Part shown: piece by piece, positions 20,000 through 29,869 of the stretch | Position numbering within the stretch: position 1 is the stretch's first letter | How the letters are laid out: the number at the start of each line of letters is the position of its first letter | Virus record (IMG/VR): IMGVR_UViG_2565956762_000004 | Reading direction: 5' to 3' (one strand) | Length of the DNA stretch: 39,628 bases | Origin: a virus | Taxonomy: Duplodnaviria; Heunggongvirae; Uroviricota; Caudoviricetes | Program-made: the position numbers and the translations under genes | The notes under the pieces: model-generated | Seen by the model: the letters and a program-made list of their open reading frames with translations, nothing else | The model's database searches: none | What the model was told of the DNA's origin: nothing

Positions 20000-20686
20000 T
20001 TAGAAGTTCAGATTTTTCAGTGCATTCAGTGCAGAGCTCACATCCTCAGCGTCGCGCAGGGACAGTGCGCTATAGCCCCCGGCCATGAATGCTTTGGCCT
20101 GGGTACGGGAGAGTCCGACATCACGCAGGACTCTTTCGATTTTTTTCTGTTCGGGGATTTCCCCGCGGGCCAGCGCGTTCTTGACGTCGCTGATCCGTGC
20201 CTCGTCGTTAGACGGGAACGTCACCAGACTGACTTCCCAGAGGTCGATTTCTTTCAGCAGAAAGGCTTCTTTCGTCCGGTCGTATTCCCAGTCCTTCAGG
20301 ACGTACCCAATAGAAAGGCCGGTTAACGAACCGGCCTTCATGTGTGCATGTGCGCGTTTTGCCAGGGGATCATCATCAATGAGCAACCGCCCCCTGACGT
20401 AAAGCCCGACATCGTCTTCCTTCATTTCGGTGTAAACACCGATGGGCTCATCCATGCGGTGCTGCCAGAGCAGCGCAGGTAACGCTTTTCTGTCACTCCA
20501 CGCCCGCAGGGAAGCAGCAAATGCCCCGGACATCACCACATCATCGTGGCTGTCCTTTACACCAAAGACGGAGCCATACCCTTCAAACTCCCCGGAGTCA
20601 CTGACAGATTTCAGACTCAGCGGTACATCAAGACGTTGTTTCGTCTGCATTGGCGTTATCCTTCTGCTTACCGGCTTTACTGCCAT
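20000..20686 (-). CDS. prohead maturation protease (HK97 family)
   Basis: 228 aa between portal and capsid genes. Confidence 0.7.
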   Translation of the reverse strand: MAVKPVSRRITPMQTKQRLDVPLSLKSVSDSGEFEGYGSVFGVKDSHDDVVMSGAFAASLRAWSDRKALPALLWQHRMDEPIGVYTEMKEDDVGLYVRGRLLIDDDPLAKRAHAHMKAGSLTGLSIGYVLKDWEYDRTKEAFLLKEIDLWEVSLVTFPSNDEARISDVKNALARGEIPEQKKIERVLRDVGLSRTQAKAFMAGGYSALSLRDAEDVSSALNALKNLNF

Positions 20687-21869
20687 CGGAGGGTTTCGTG
20701 GTCATGTTCATCGGTGTGAGATAGACATCACCACCGGGACGCGGATTCATATCTTCCAGGTCGCGGCAGTCATTGGGAGAGTAAATTCCCCAGTTGATCC
20801 CGGTGGCGTAGGCTTCAAAACGGGACTTCATATCCCCGCGCAGTAACGCCCCGGCGTTAAATTTGGCGTAATAAACGCCCTGCTTACTTTTTCGTACCAG
20901 TCCGGTGTTGATCCGCTGTTCGATGCGGGTCAGATACGGCACCAGTGAATAGTTGATAAATCCCAGCCCCAGCTCTTCGATATTGTTGAAGGTGGCGCGA
21001 TCGGTGTTCTGCACCATGTGCAACGGCACCCGGAACAGACGACAGATTTCTTCAAGCTGAAACTTGCGGGTTTCCAGGAACTGGCTGTCCTCGGCGTTCA
21101 GCGCCATCGACTTCCAGTCCAGCCCCATCTCAAGGATCATCGGGCGGTGAGCATTGCCAAGCCCGGTGTGACGCTCCTCAAAATCTTTCTTCAGGCGCTC
21201 ATAAGCCTGATCTGACAACGTCTGCTCTGTACGCAACACACCCGACGTCACCGCGCCATTGCTGAACAGTCTGGCCCCGTGCTCTTCGGTCGCTGCCGCC
21301 AGCGATATTGCCTCGCGGGCATAGGCGATGGGATTCAGCCCCACCAGTCCGTCCAGCGTCAGCGTGCGCACATGCCAGATATCCTCCTGGCTCAGTACAT
21401 CCGTGGAGCCATCCGGGAATGTGACCTGATAGACCGGCTCCCAGCTACTGTTAAGCTTCGGTACCACACAGCCGGGATCGACGGGCAGCAGTTCAGCCAC
21501 TTCGCCAAATGCTTTCACTTTGTAGGCGTAAAAGTTTCCCCGCAGGCACAGACAGGTGACCACCAGCTCCCAGAACTCCTGCGGCGTCATATAGCCATTG
21601 GGATGCGTGGAGATCAGCTTATGCAGACGTTCGCCGGTGGCTCTCTGCTTCAGGCTGCCGTTCAGGTGATACAGGTTGCAGGGCAACATCCCGACCGACT
21701 CCGCCAGCACCCTGACACAGGAAAAAACCGCCGTCAGTCGCATGGCCCTCTGGCTGCTGATCTGCTTTCCGGTATAGGTGTCGTAGGACAACCCGATAGC
21801 ATCCGCCAGCTCTGCTGGCGTGGTCACCGGTGCGTCACTTTTTCGTTGAAATAATCCCGAAAAGAACAC
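20628..21869 (-). CDS. portal protein
   Basis: 413 aa downstream of terminase large subunit. Confidence 0.8.
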   Translation of the reverse strand: MFFSGLFQRKSDAPVTTPAELADAIGLSYDTYTGKQISSQRAMRLTAVFSCVRVLAESVGMLPCNLYHLNGSLKQRATGERLHKLISTHPNGYMTPQEFWELVVTCLCLRGNFYAYKVKAFGEVAELLPVDPGCVVPKLNSSWEPVYQVTFPDGSTDVLSQEDIWHVRTLTLDGLVGLNPIAYAREAISLAAATEEHGARLFSNGAVTSGVLRTEQTLSDQAYERLKKDFEERHTGLGNAHRPMILEMGLDWKSMALNAEDSQFLETRKFQLEEICRLFRVPLHMVQNTDRATFNNIEELGLGFINYSLVPYLTRIEQRINTGLVRKSKQGVYYAKFNAGALLRGDMKSRFEAYATGINWGIYSPNDCRDLEDMNPRPGGDVYLTPMNMTTKPSDGSKAGKQKDNANADETTS

Positions 21870-22051
21870 TATTTACCTCCGCCGACAGACGACTGTGTAC
21901 GGTCGAGATATCGCGCCACCAGCCACGACCAGAACAGGCACAACGCCCCGGCAACAACAAACCCCGCCGGGGGATAAATCAGCCAGGCACCATAAGCCAG
22001 CAAAAGCGCCCCCAGCACGCCCACCAGAGGCGCGAGAATCAGCATGATCAT
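21869..22051 (-). CDS. small 2-TM membrane protein
   Basis: 60 aa, two hydrophobic helices, fills the terminase-portal gap. Confidence 0.35.
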
Positions 22052-22062
22052 AATTACCTCAG

Positions 22063-23796
22063 TTAAAGCGAGCGGATCCCATAGGACTCAATGTGGTCAG
22101 ACAGCGTGTCTTCTTTCTCGTACAGCATGGCTCTGCCAACCGCCATAATCAGCGCAACTGCACCATCGATTTTGTTTTCCGCCTGCTCTTTGACGGGCTT
22201 CACCACATCATCGTTACCCGGAATGGTTTTGCCGACCACGTTGCCGATACACCAGGTCATGATGGGATTGCCATCATGATGAAAGCGCCCCGATTCAATT
22301 GCCGCTTCCAGCTCTTTCATCGGGTCGGACATGTTGGTGTAGTTCTGAATGATGGTGACGGGGTTCAGGTCTTCATCAGCAAGGTCATGTGACAACCCGG
22401 TCGCCCCGAAGGGGTCGATGGGTGACTCGCTGACCGGGCTGATTTTGTTCGCCGCTTTGGCCTCTTCGAGGATGTAGCGATAATCCACCTCTGCACCATC
22501 GGTAACGGTCAGGACGCCCATTTCCACCCATTTCTGAAAGCGTTCGGCTGTCCGGCGATCTTCATTTTTCTCGACGCTATACACCGTGTCATACGGTACC
22601 CAGAAACGCGGGGCCACACTGTAGTAATGCGTTTTACCGTCAATCTCGCGGGTATAAAGTCGCGCCATGCTGTTCATATCCAGCTTACGCGCCAGGTCAA
22701 AGGCCAGAATGCACGGCTGCCCCTCGAACTGCTCAAGAGTCAGTGATTTATCCTCGCAGCTCTGCCAGCTCACCAGGTTGAAATACGCCGAACGCGCCGA
22801 CACCCAGATATTGAGGTGTTTTGTTTTAAAGACGTTTGCCAGACGGGCGTTATTTTTCGCACGTTGCTGCTGGCTTAACAAAAAATCGCGATAAACCGAC
22901 ACACCGATATTCGGGTTAGCTTTTTCAAGTACCTGCGGGTCGGTCCAGTCGTCGCCTTCGTCAACGGTATAGATGATCCCGAACAGTTCATCGTTGGGCA
23001 CCGAGCCGTTGAGCATCTCGATGACTTCCCGCCGTTTGTCGTAGCACGGCCCCTCAATGTTGTACCCGGCGGTGGTAATGGCCCACATCAGTGGCTGGCG
23101 TCGCGCCCCCATCCCGGTAAGCATCGTGGTGTAAAGCGCATCTGTGGCGTGCTCGTGATATTCATCCACCACGGCACAGTGGGGTGATGAACCATCACCG
23201 GGGTTACCGATCAACGGTTCAAACCGCGCACCATCCTCCGGACGGTTCATGTTTGAGGCGTTAACCTCAATCCCGAACGCTTCCGTCAGCATGGGTGTGC
23301 GTTTACACATCAGTCGTGCCGGACGAAAGACTTCCCATGCCTGTTTCTCCGTCGTGGCACCGGAATACACTTCCGCGCCGAACTCGTTATCACAGGCAAA
23401 ACAATACAGGGCAACACCGGCAGAGATTGCCGATTTGCCGTTCTTACGGGGAATTTCGGTATACACCTCCCGGAAGCGGCGCAACCGGGTGCCTTTATTG
23501 ACCCAGCCAAACGCACAGCAGATCACAAATAGCTGCCACGGCTCCAGCGTGATGGGCATCCGTTTAAATGCCCACTCACCCTTGGTGTGCGGCAACAGCT
23601 GAATAAATTTGGCGGCCCGTTCAGCCAGGTCCTTGTCGAAGCGGTAACGAAACGACTTACTTTTTTCCGCCATCAGGTCATCAAGATGGCGCTGGCAGGC
23701 CTGAATCACAAACTGGCAGGCAACAATCTTTCCGCGCACGACATCCCGGGCATACTGATTTGCAGCATTTACGTTGGGGTAAGATTTCCGGCTCAT
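22063..23796 (-). CDS. terminase large subunit
   Basis: 577 aa, size and position between small terminase and portal. Confidence 0.85.
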
Positions 23797-24296
23797 GATT
23801 CGATAATTTTCAGAAACGGGTTAGTGGCTTTCTTCTGCCCCGCCAGGCCAATCAGACGCTGGCGGCTGCTGGGGTCGAGTCCGAGCATTGCCCCCGTACT
23901 GCTCATCTCGGACTCCTGTTCTTTTTTGGCGGTCAGCTCCGGATTTTTGACCATGCCGCCCATTGCACCGGTGATGGTGTTGCCCTGTCTGGCAATATTT
24001 TTCACAGCACGTCGCCAGAACTCATAGGCTACGCACCACCGCTCAAGCACTGCGAGGTCAGTCACGCACAGCAGGCCCTGACCGCAGAGTTCTTTGGTTG
24101 TCAGTTGCCACATGATCGTGGCGAGAGGGAGCTCTTCTTCAGCGAACCACTCCGGTGGCTCAACACCTTTGATGGGCGTAAAAACGGGTTCATCTTTGTT
24201 CAGGGCTCGCTTGCCGGGGTTTCCGGCCAGCGCCTTGCGCGCCGTTGGCTTGGGGCGACGCCCGGAACGCCCCGCCGTTCCAGCCATATGCGGCAC
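23793..24296 (-). CDS. terminase small subunit
   Basis: 167 aa, basic N-terminus, overlaps the large subunit start. Confidence 0.65.
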   Translation of the reverse strand: MPHMAGTAGRSGRRPKPTARKALAGNPGKRALNKDEPVFTPIKGVEPPEWFAEEELPLATIMWQLTTKELCGQGLLCVTDLAVLERWCVAYEFWRRAVKNIARQGNTITGAMGGMVKNPELTAKKEQESEMSSTGAMLGLDPSSRQRLIGLAGQKKATNPFLKIIES

Positions 24297-24412
24297 TCCT
24301 GGTTAAATTTCATTTTTCGCGGGTATAAAAAAACGATGGGGCGGGCAGTCCGGAAGACGTCAGGTCACAGGGATTTGACCCGCCCCTCCCCTCTGGCAGT
24401 GGGAGCTGGTTC

Positions 24413-24763
24413 TTACTTCAGCCATTCACGGGCCGTCTTCGCCTTATGACACGGCCAACACAGGCTCTGTAGATTACTGTCGGCATCAGTGCCGCCACGC
24501 GCTTTAGGGATGATGTGGTCAACGGTCTTCGCCTCACGTACCACACCAGCACGCAGACATAACTGACACAGACCTTTGTCACGCTTCAGGACACGCGCGC
24601 GGATAACATCCCACTTAGAACCATAACCGCGCTGATGACGGGATTGTCCTGACTTGTATTGCTTCCAGCCTTCGCTTTTGTGGCTTTCGCAGTAGCCTGA
24701 CGGGTCTGTCGTGGTATTACGGCAGCCGCGAACGCGGCAGGCTTTTGGAGTTCGGGGGGGCAT
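24413..24763 (-). CDS. HNH endonuclease (packaging-associated)
   Basis: 116 aa with Cys pairs and VDHIIPKARGG...N...CWPCH motif, upstream of terminase. Confidence 0.75.
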   Translation of the reverse strand: MPPRTPKACRVRGCRNTTTDPSGYCESHKSEGWKQYKSGQSRHQRGYGSKWDVIRARVLKRDKGLCQLCLRAGVVREAKTVDHIIPKARGGTDADSNLQSLCWPCHKAKTAREWLK

Positions 24764-24789
24764 AAATATATTCCTGTTCTTTGTCCGGA

Positions 24790-25062
24790 CTATTTGCCTG
24801 CTGCCAGCAAAGCGTTACGGCGCATCTCGATATTTCGAATCCCCGCTTTGTCAATATTGCATTGTCCCAACGCCGAAAGCAGGCTCACATTCAGATCCAG
24901 ACTGGCCCCATAGGTCAGCGGCTCGGGAATGACTGGCTGGGGAGTTTCAGTAGTCAGGCTTGCTGGCAACGGTACCGCCGGAATCGGTACGTAAACTGTT
25001 CGCGTACTTCCGCAACCGGTCAGCAGCGGCAGCAGGCACATGACGTGAAGCACAATCATCAT
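24790..25062 (-). CDS. o-spanin (Rz1-like lipoprotein)
   Basis: Lipobox LLTGC after a short signal peptide; Pro-rich; overlaps the 3' end of the i-spanin gene in another frame. Confidence 0.5.
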   Translation of the reverse strand: MMIVLHVMCLLPLLTGCGSTRTVYVPIPAVPLPASLTTETPQPVIPEPLTYGASLDLNVSLLSALGQCNIDKAGIRNIEMRRNALLAAGK

Positions 25063-25339
25063 CCGCAACAGCCACTTTGATATCTTCCTGGGTTCTCTGT
25101 GACTCCAGTACGATCTGCTGTTTTGCATGCTGGTTAGCCTCTATAACTGTATTGATGATTTGCAGTGATTGCAGAACGTTACGGGTAATGGCAGTTGCTG
25201 ATTCAGCATTTCGTACAGCCTCATCAGCACGCTCCTTTTCGTGCTGATATTTGCTGTAGTAATGCCCGGTAGACCAGATGAAGGAATCAATGACGGTAAC
25301 AAAGAAGGCAACAATAACCAGCTTATATCTCAGCTTCAT
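24947..25339 (-). CDS. i-spanin (Rz-like)
   Basis: 130 aa, N-terminal TM helix then coiled-coil, directly after endolysin. Confidence 0.55.
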   Translation of the reverse strand: MKLRYKLVIVAFFVTVIDSFIWSTGHYYSKYQHEKERADEAVRNAESATAITRNVLQSLQIINTVIEANQHAKQQIVLESQRTQEDIKVAVADDDCASRHVPAAAADRLRKYANSLRTDSGGTVASKPDY

Positions 25340-25799
25340 TTACTTCCCCACCAGCCTCTTTAAATCGGGCAATCAGGTCGCCTATTTTATGTTCATACTG
25401 ACCATAACCTGCACCAGGTAACGACGCCCAGATATTGCTGCAACGGTCGATTGCCTGACGAATATCACCGCGATCAATCATCGGTAAAGCGCCACGCTCC
25501 TTAATCTGCTGCAGCGCAACAGCATCCTGGCTTTTCGGAGAGAAGTCTTTCAGTCCAAGTTGCTTACGGTAAGCATCCCACCAACGGGAAAGAAGCTGGT
25601 AACGTCCGGCTGCTGTTGATTTGAGTTTGGGGTTTAGCGTGACAAGTTTGCGAGGGTGATCGGAGTAATCAGTAAACAGTTCGCCGCCAACAATAACGTC
25701 ATAACCGTGGTTACGTGTCGGTTGTCGCCCGTTATCCGTTCCTTCTGACCAGGCCACCATATCAAGGAAAGCTTTACGCTGAGGATTTAGTTCCTGCAT
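25323..25799 (-). CDS. endolysin, lambda R-like lytic transglycosylase
   Basis: NPQRKAFLDMVAWSEGTDNGRQPTRNHGYDVIVGGELFTDYSDHPRKLV is nearly identical to lambda R as I recall it. Confidence 0.85.
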   Translation of the reverse strand: MQELNPQRKAFLDMVAWSEGTDNGRQPTRNHGYDVIVGGELFTDYSDHPRKLVTLNPKLKSTAAGRYQLLSRWWDAYRKQLGLKDFSPKSQDAVALQQIKERGALPMIDRGDIRQAIDRCSNIWASLPGAGYGQYEHKIGDLIARFKEAGGEVNEAEI

Positions 25800-25802
25800 A
25801 AA

Positions 25803-26129
25803 TTACTCCTTCGAGCTACCAAACTTGTTACCGATTACTCTCATTGCCGCACCACGAATAGCATCGACCCCGATCAGCCCAACGCCGCCACCAATGGCAA
25901 CAGAAAGAGATTTAGGCCATCCGACATACTCAAGAGCGGATGCAAAAGTCAGTGTCAGAGCGCCACAGAGAAAAATCTCGAGCGTTTTTCGCTTCCAGCC
26001 ACCACCACCGCCAAAATAGGCAATGCGCAAGCCAGCCATAACGATCGACATAATTACTGCGCCCAGTGGTGTGTCTCCACGCCACCAGCTCTGGAACAAC
26101 TCCAGCCAGGTATTTGGGTTATGAGGCAT
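25803..26129 (-). CDS. holin
   Basis: 108 aa with hydrophobic helices and charged C-terminus, immediately upstream of the endolysin. Confidence 0.5.
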   Translation of the reverse strand: MPHNPNTWLELFQSWWRGDTPLGAVIMSIVMAGLRIAYFGGGGGWKRKTLEIFLCGALTLTFASALEYVGWPKSLSVAIGGGVGLIGVDAIRGAAMRVIGNKFGSSKE

Positions 26130-26274
26130 TTGTAGTTATCTCTCACCTCGCCGATAAAGGAGGTGCAAATTGAGGGTGTACCACGAACCGCAAATCAGAA
26201 GCGGAAACGTAAAAGAAGCCGAGCCAATGGATAACTGCGGGATAGGGCAGAAGCAATTAATCCCTAGGCCCAGA

Positions 26275-26303
26275 AACGACAAAACCCGCTCGACGGCGGG
26301 TTT
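26275..26303 (-). terminator. tR'-like hairpin in the late leader
   Basis: Minus strand AAACCCGC-N6-GCGGGTTT followed by TGTCGTTTC, upstream of the holin. Confidence 0.3.
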
Positions 26304-26426
26304 AAGTTGTGTGGCGAAGTAACCACTCATAACAGATTACAATGGTTTCTGCGGACCGCGTGAGTGATTTTATTTAATTTTTAATGTAAATTTCAGTTCC
26401 TTTTGAGTGATTACATGGAGTACATA

Positions 26427-27242
26427 ATGAAAGTGTTCATAAGTTGGTCTGGGCAAAGAAGTCAAGCTGTTGCAGAACTTATTAGCGACTGGCTGAAGTG
26501 TGTTATCCAAGCTTCGCAGCCATGGATTTCAACCAGAGATATTGATCGTGGCGCTATATGGTTCTCTGAAATTAATGATAAATTAAAAGATGTATCTGTC
26601 GGCATTGTATGTTTGACACAAGAAAATAAAAATAAACCATGGATTTTGTTTGAAACAGGAGCACTAGCAAAAGGACTTTCAACAAATAAAGTTTGTACAT
26701 TCTTGATTGACTTAAAACCAGAAGATTTAAAAGATCCACTTGCTCAATTCAATCACACAACGCCAAATAAAGAGAGTGTTTGGGAATTAGTAAGGACAAT
26801 AAACAATTGTCTTGTCGATAAATCTTTAGATGACCGTATTCTAAAGCAAGTTTTTAATACATACTGGGAGCAATTTGAAAACAATTTTAAACGAGCTTTA
26901 GATCAATACCCTCCAACTGAAGAAGTAAAACCACGTACTGAACAAGATCTTTTATCTGAAATATTACAAAACACTCGTTCATTAAATCAAAGGATTAGAG
27001 TTCTTGAACGTGATGCTACTATCAACTCCATAAATAGCCATATGAATTTAACTCCTGTAGAACAGAAGGATGTTTGGTATCTACAAAAACAGATAGATGA
27101 AATTATAAAGAATGGATTGCTTGACGAGGATGAAATAATATCATTCTTAGACAAATATGACATTCCTGAAAAAATGATTAGGAACCAAATAAAATACACA
27201 TTAAACCAACGATTATCTGAAAGTAATAAAAAAAAGAAATAA
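26427..27242 (+). CDS. TIR-like domain protein with helical C-terminal extension (start chosen at MKVFISWSG)
   Basis: KVFISWSG...W.S...I..G..W......L......GIVCLT.EN...PWILFETGA fits the bacterial TIR pattern; GGAG 6 nt before the ATG; low GC; opposite strand to neighbours. Confidence 0.6.
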   Translation: MKVFISWSGQRSQAVAELISDWLKCVIQASQPWISTRDIDRGAIWFSEINDKLKDVSVGIVCLTQENKNKPWILFETGALAKGLSTNKVCTFLIDLKPEDLKDPLAQFNHTTPNKESVWELVRTINNCLVDKSLDDRILKQVFNTYWEQFENNFKRALDQYPPTEEVKPRTEQDLLSEILQNTRSLNQRIRVLERDATINSINSHMNLTPVEQKDVWYLQKQIDEIIKNGLLDEDEIISFLDKYDIPEKMIRNQIKYTLNQRLSESNKKKK

Positions 27243-27245
27243 CCT

Positions 27246-27281
27246 TCCCCCGTAAACATAAAGTTTACGGGGTTATTTTTT
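27246..27281 (+). terminator. strong intrinsic terminator between the TIR-like gene and Q (convergent, probably bidirectional)
   Basis: Perfect 10-bp stem CCCCGTAAAC/GTTTACGGGG followed by TTATTTTTT. Confidence 0.65.
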
Positions 27282-27282
27282 A

Positions 27283-27648
27283 TTATAACTCCATATCTAA
27301 ATGAATATCGAGAGTAGAAAGGCAACCATCAATGAATCCCTCTGCTAACAATATTTCTATACGGATTAATTTCTCATCCTTTCCTTGTATTTTGGCAATC
27401 TTCCGCTTTGAAAACCCGTACAAATAATGCGCAACCAGTAAAGAATGCTCATAAGGTTTTCTTTTTTTTAGTTGCTCCAAGCAACTTTCAATAATTAGCG
27501 CATCATTATCTGAACAAGCTTGGCGTGCCTTACTGGTATAGGGAAGAAGTCCCTTAAACCCAGCAGCTATAGGCGAATAGTCCACTCCTGAGCTATCACT
27601 AGCTGCCCATGCCCCCCAACGTTCAAGGATGATCTGAATATCACGCAT
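27283..27648 (-). CDS. late antiterminator Q (QuuD-like)
   Basis: MRDIQIILERWGAWAA...IAAGFKGLL resembles the short Q family; position upstream of the lysis cassette. Confidence 0.7.
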   Translation of the reverse strand: MRDIQIILERWGAWAASDSSGVDYSPIAAGFKGLLPYTSKARQACSDNDALIIESCLEQLKKRKPYEHSLLVAHYLYGFSKRKIAKIQGKDEKLIRIEILLAEGFIDGCLSTLDIHLDMEL

Positions 27649-27665
27649 CAAATTTCTCCACAAAA

Positions 27666-28661
27666 TCAGGCCAGCACGCCTATTTCCAGCGCACGATCGA
27701 TAAAACGAAATATCAGCTCCAGCTGGGAGCCATACTTCTCTTCAAATGCCACGGTATCCGCATGCAGCTCGTCGTGATGCTTTCTGCACAAAGGCAACAC
27801 AAAGAGGTCATGCGCTTTTGTACCCATTCCCCCCTGACCGTGGCCTATCAGGTGGTGGGGATCATCAGCAGGTTTTCCACAACATGCGCACGGCTGCGTC
27901 TTAACCCAGCGCGTGTACTTTTCATTAACCCAGCGGCGACGTTTTGGGCGTAACATAAAAGACTCCGGCGACTCCGGATCCACTTTCAGCGCCAGCATCT
28001 TTTTCGCCTTATCCTGGATGATGCTGGTGGCAGGAACCGAAGGCACAAGGTCACTTTCCCGGGTGACAGACGGCACAACAGGCTTCGGTAATCTCAGTGC
28101 CTTACGGGCTGCACTTTCCGGTAAGGCATCCGCCAGGTCATTACGAATCAGCCACCAGCACAGTTCCGGCATTGTCACAACGTGACTATAATCAAAACCG
28201 AGATCCCGACGCACAACAGACAACACCCAGCGGGCACAGTTATCCGTTGCCATTGATTCCAGCCGTTCCGTGAACTGATCGCGCAGCTGGTTATCACAGT
28301 GCCAGCACAGACGGATTGCGCCCGGAGCGTGTCGCATTGTGGTAATGTTCTCGCTGTGCCAGTCGGAATGAGGCCACTGACAGCCCTTTTCACGAAGTAA
28401 CCAGCTTTCAAGACATTCCACGCCACCAGCACGACGGATCACTGCCTCATTGCGGAACACGGCCCGAACGGCAGGATCATCCACCAGCGGTTGTGATGCC
28501 GCCGGAACGGCACCACTGGCGAAAGATGAATAACATTCCGGCTCAGGCTCCAGCAGGACACGCCCCTGCATAAACAGGGGCATCAGCTCTGAACCTGGCC
28601 TGAACAATACGATCCCCATACGCGGGGCAATTTCAGGAGTCAGTAGTGCTCTCACGGTCAC
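27666..28661 (-). CDS. DUF968-like phage protein with C-terminal HNH-like zinc finger
   Basis: C-terminus CACCGKPADDPHHLIGHGQGG...PLCRKHHDELH. Confidence 0.5.
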   Translation of the reverse strand: MTVRALLTPEIAPRMGIVLFRPGSELMPLFMQGRVLLEPEPECYSSFASGAVPAASQPLVDDPAVRAVFRNEAVIRRAGGVECLESWLLREKGCQWPHSDWHSENITTMRHAPGAIRLCWHCDNQLRDQFTERLESMATDNCARWVLSVVRRDLGFDYSHVVTMPELCWWLIRNDLADALPESAARKALRLPKPVVPSVTRESDLVPSVPATSIIQDKAKKMLALKVDPESPESFMLRPKRRRWVNEKYTRWVKTQPCACCGKPADDPHHLIGHGQGGMGTKAHDLFVLPLCRKHHDELHADTVAFEEKYGSQLELIFRFIDRALEIGVLA

Positions 28662-28662
28662 C

Positions 28663-29460
28663 TCAATGAACGGTATCGAGCAGCTTTAACAGCTCAGGGA
28701 ATCGGGATTCGAAGAAATGCGGCTGCGTCTCGCGCGGATTTGCGGGACTGGTGATATTCTTGCCGAACATGCAGCCTTTCGCTGTCAGCGACCAGAATTT
28801 TTTGATGTTGTTAATCGCGGTACGGCTGTATCGTTCGCGCTGCTCGACGATCCCCAGCGTCACCATCTGGTGATATGCCTGATTAGCTGTCAGGCGGATA
28901 CCATACTGCTTCAGCAGTGCACTCAGTGACAGCGTGGGGCGGCTTGAGCCATCAGGCGCGTCAGCAGGAGCATCAATGGCATAGCGCGGTGCCAGATTCG
29001 GTAAGCCAACAGCCTCCTGGAGTTTCTGACAGGCACCAAGCACTGAAGAGTTAGACAGGTTTAATTCCCGGCGCATAAAGTCCAGCAGAATCACACCAGC
29101 CTGCATCTTGTCAGCAGCCTGTCCGGATAATTTTTCCGGTGCGCTGGTTACCATATCGAAAGTACGGATCACCTTCAGATGGAATGACGGGCTGATCCAC
29201 ATTGCATAGGCATACACCAGTTCTTTGCAGACATACGTCCCCTGGTTATTTCCGCCACGAATAACGTTAACTGGCTCTATATTGACTGAGTTGCAAATCT
29301 GTAACTCGCTTATTAAACGTTCAGTTTGCTCATTGCGGAGCCAGAATGCAGGCTTATGCTTATCCAGAGAACCGGCAGCCCTGTGCAGATCGTTCAGGCT
29401 GTAACGCCCATAAGCATCACGACGAACTTCAATACCATCAATTACCATCAGATTATTCAT
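28663..29460 (-). CDS. KilA-N domain protein
   Basis: N-terminal IDGIEVRRDAYGRYSLNDLHRAAG...KPAFWLRNEQTERLISEL. Confidence 0.5.
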   Translation of the reverse strand: MNNLMVIDGIEVRRDAYGRYSLNDLHRAAGSLDKHKPAFWLRNEQTERLISELQICNSVNIEPVNVIRGGNNQGTYVCKELVYAYAMWISPSFHLKVIRTFDMVTSAPEKLSGQAADKMQAGVILLDFMRRELNLSNSSVLGACQKLQEAVGLPNLAPRYAIDAPADAPDGSSRPTLSLSALLKQYGIRLTANQAYHQMVTLGIVEQRERYSRTAINNIKKFWSLTAKGCMFGKNITSPANPRETQPHFFESRFPELLKLLDTVH

Positions 29461-29479
29461 ACTTCCTTTCTCCTCTTAA

Positions 29480-29869
29480 TCAGGCGGCTGCACCCGCCGG
29501 TTTCTCGTACTTACTGATAGTGATCTCGACCTTCCCTTCCGGGATAACCGGTCCCCACTCCACCAACATTCTTTTCACTTGGCTGTCGTCTTCCCACACA
29601 CCCGCGTGGGTCAGGGCGTCAAACAGCGCCTTGTTATAGTTGTCCAGATCGCGGATCCGGTTATCCGGAGGAAACAACACGATCTCCACTGAAGCAGGTG
29701 CCGACGTTGGTTTCGGCAGACGACGTAACTGCTCAACTATTGCTGCGCACGCTGCGCTCTGGAATTTTCGCCCCGCCGCGCTTATCAGGCTCTTACCAGC
29801 AAACGCCCCTTTGTTGGGGTGTCGCCAGTACGTGTTCACGCTGGGCGGAAAAGGCAGGATCAGCTTCAT
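29480..29869 (-). CDS. rusA: Holliday junction resolvase RusA
   Basis: N-terminus LPFPPSVNTYWR and ~129 aa size. Confidence 0.7.
   Translation of the reverse strand: MKLILPFPPSVNTYWRHPNKGAFAGKSLISAAGRKFQSAACAAIVEQLRRLPKPTSAPASVEIVLFPPDNRIRDLDNYNKALFDALTHAGVWEDDSQVKRMLVEWGPVIPEGKVEITISKYEKPAGAAA

Noticed and set aside
6438-21854. Numerous plus-strand ORFs of 60-190 aa antisense to the structural genes (for example 6632-7030, 9196-9489, 10644-11141, 13007-13336, 15374-15790, 16784-17374, 17464-17961, 19654-20088, 21279-21854)
   Set aside because: They sit entirely within longer, functionally coherent minus-strand genes in a GC-rich region where antisense frames stay open by chance; compositions are Arg/Pro/Cys-skewed.
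26136-26330. 64-aa minus-strand ORF between the TIR-like gene and the holin
   Set aside because: Cys/Phe-rich, contains the tR'-like hairpin and occupies the late-leader position, which is non-coding in lambdoid phages.
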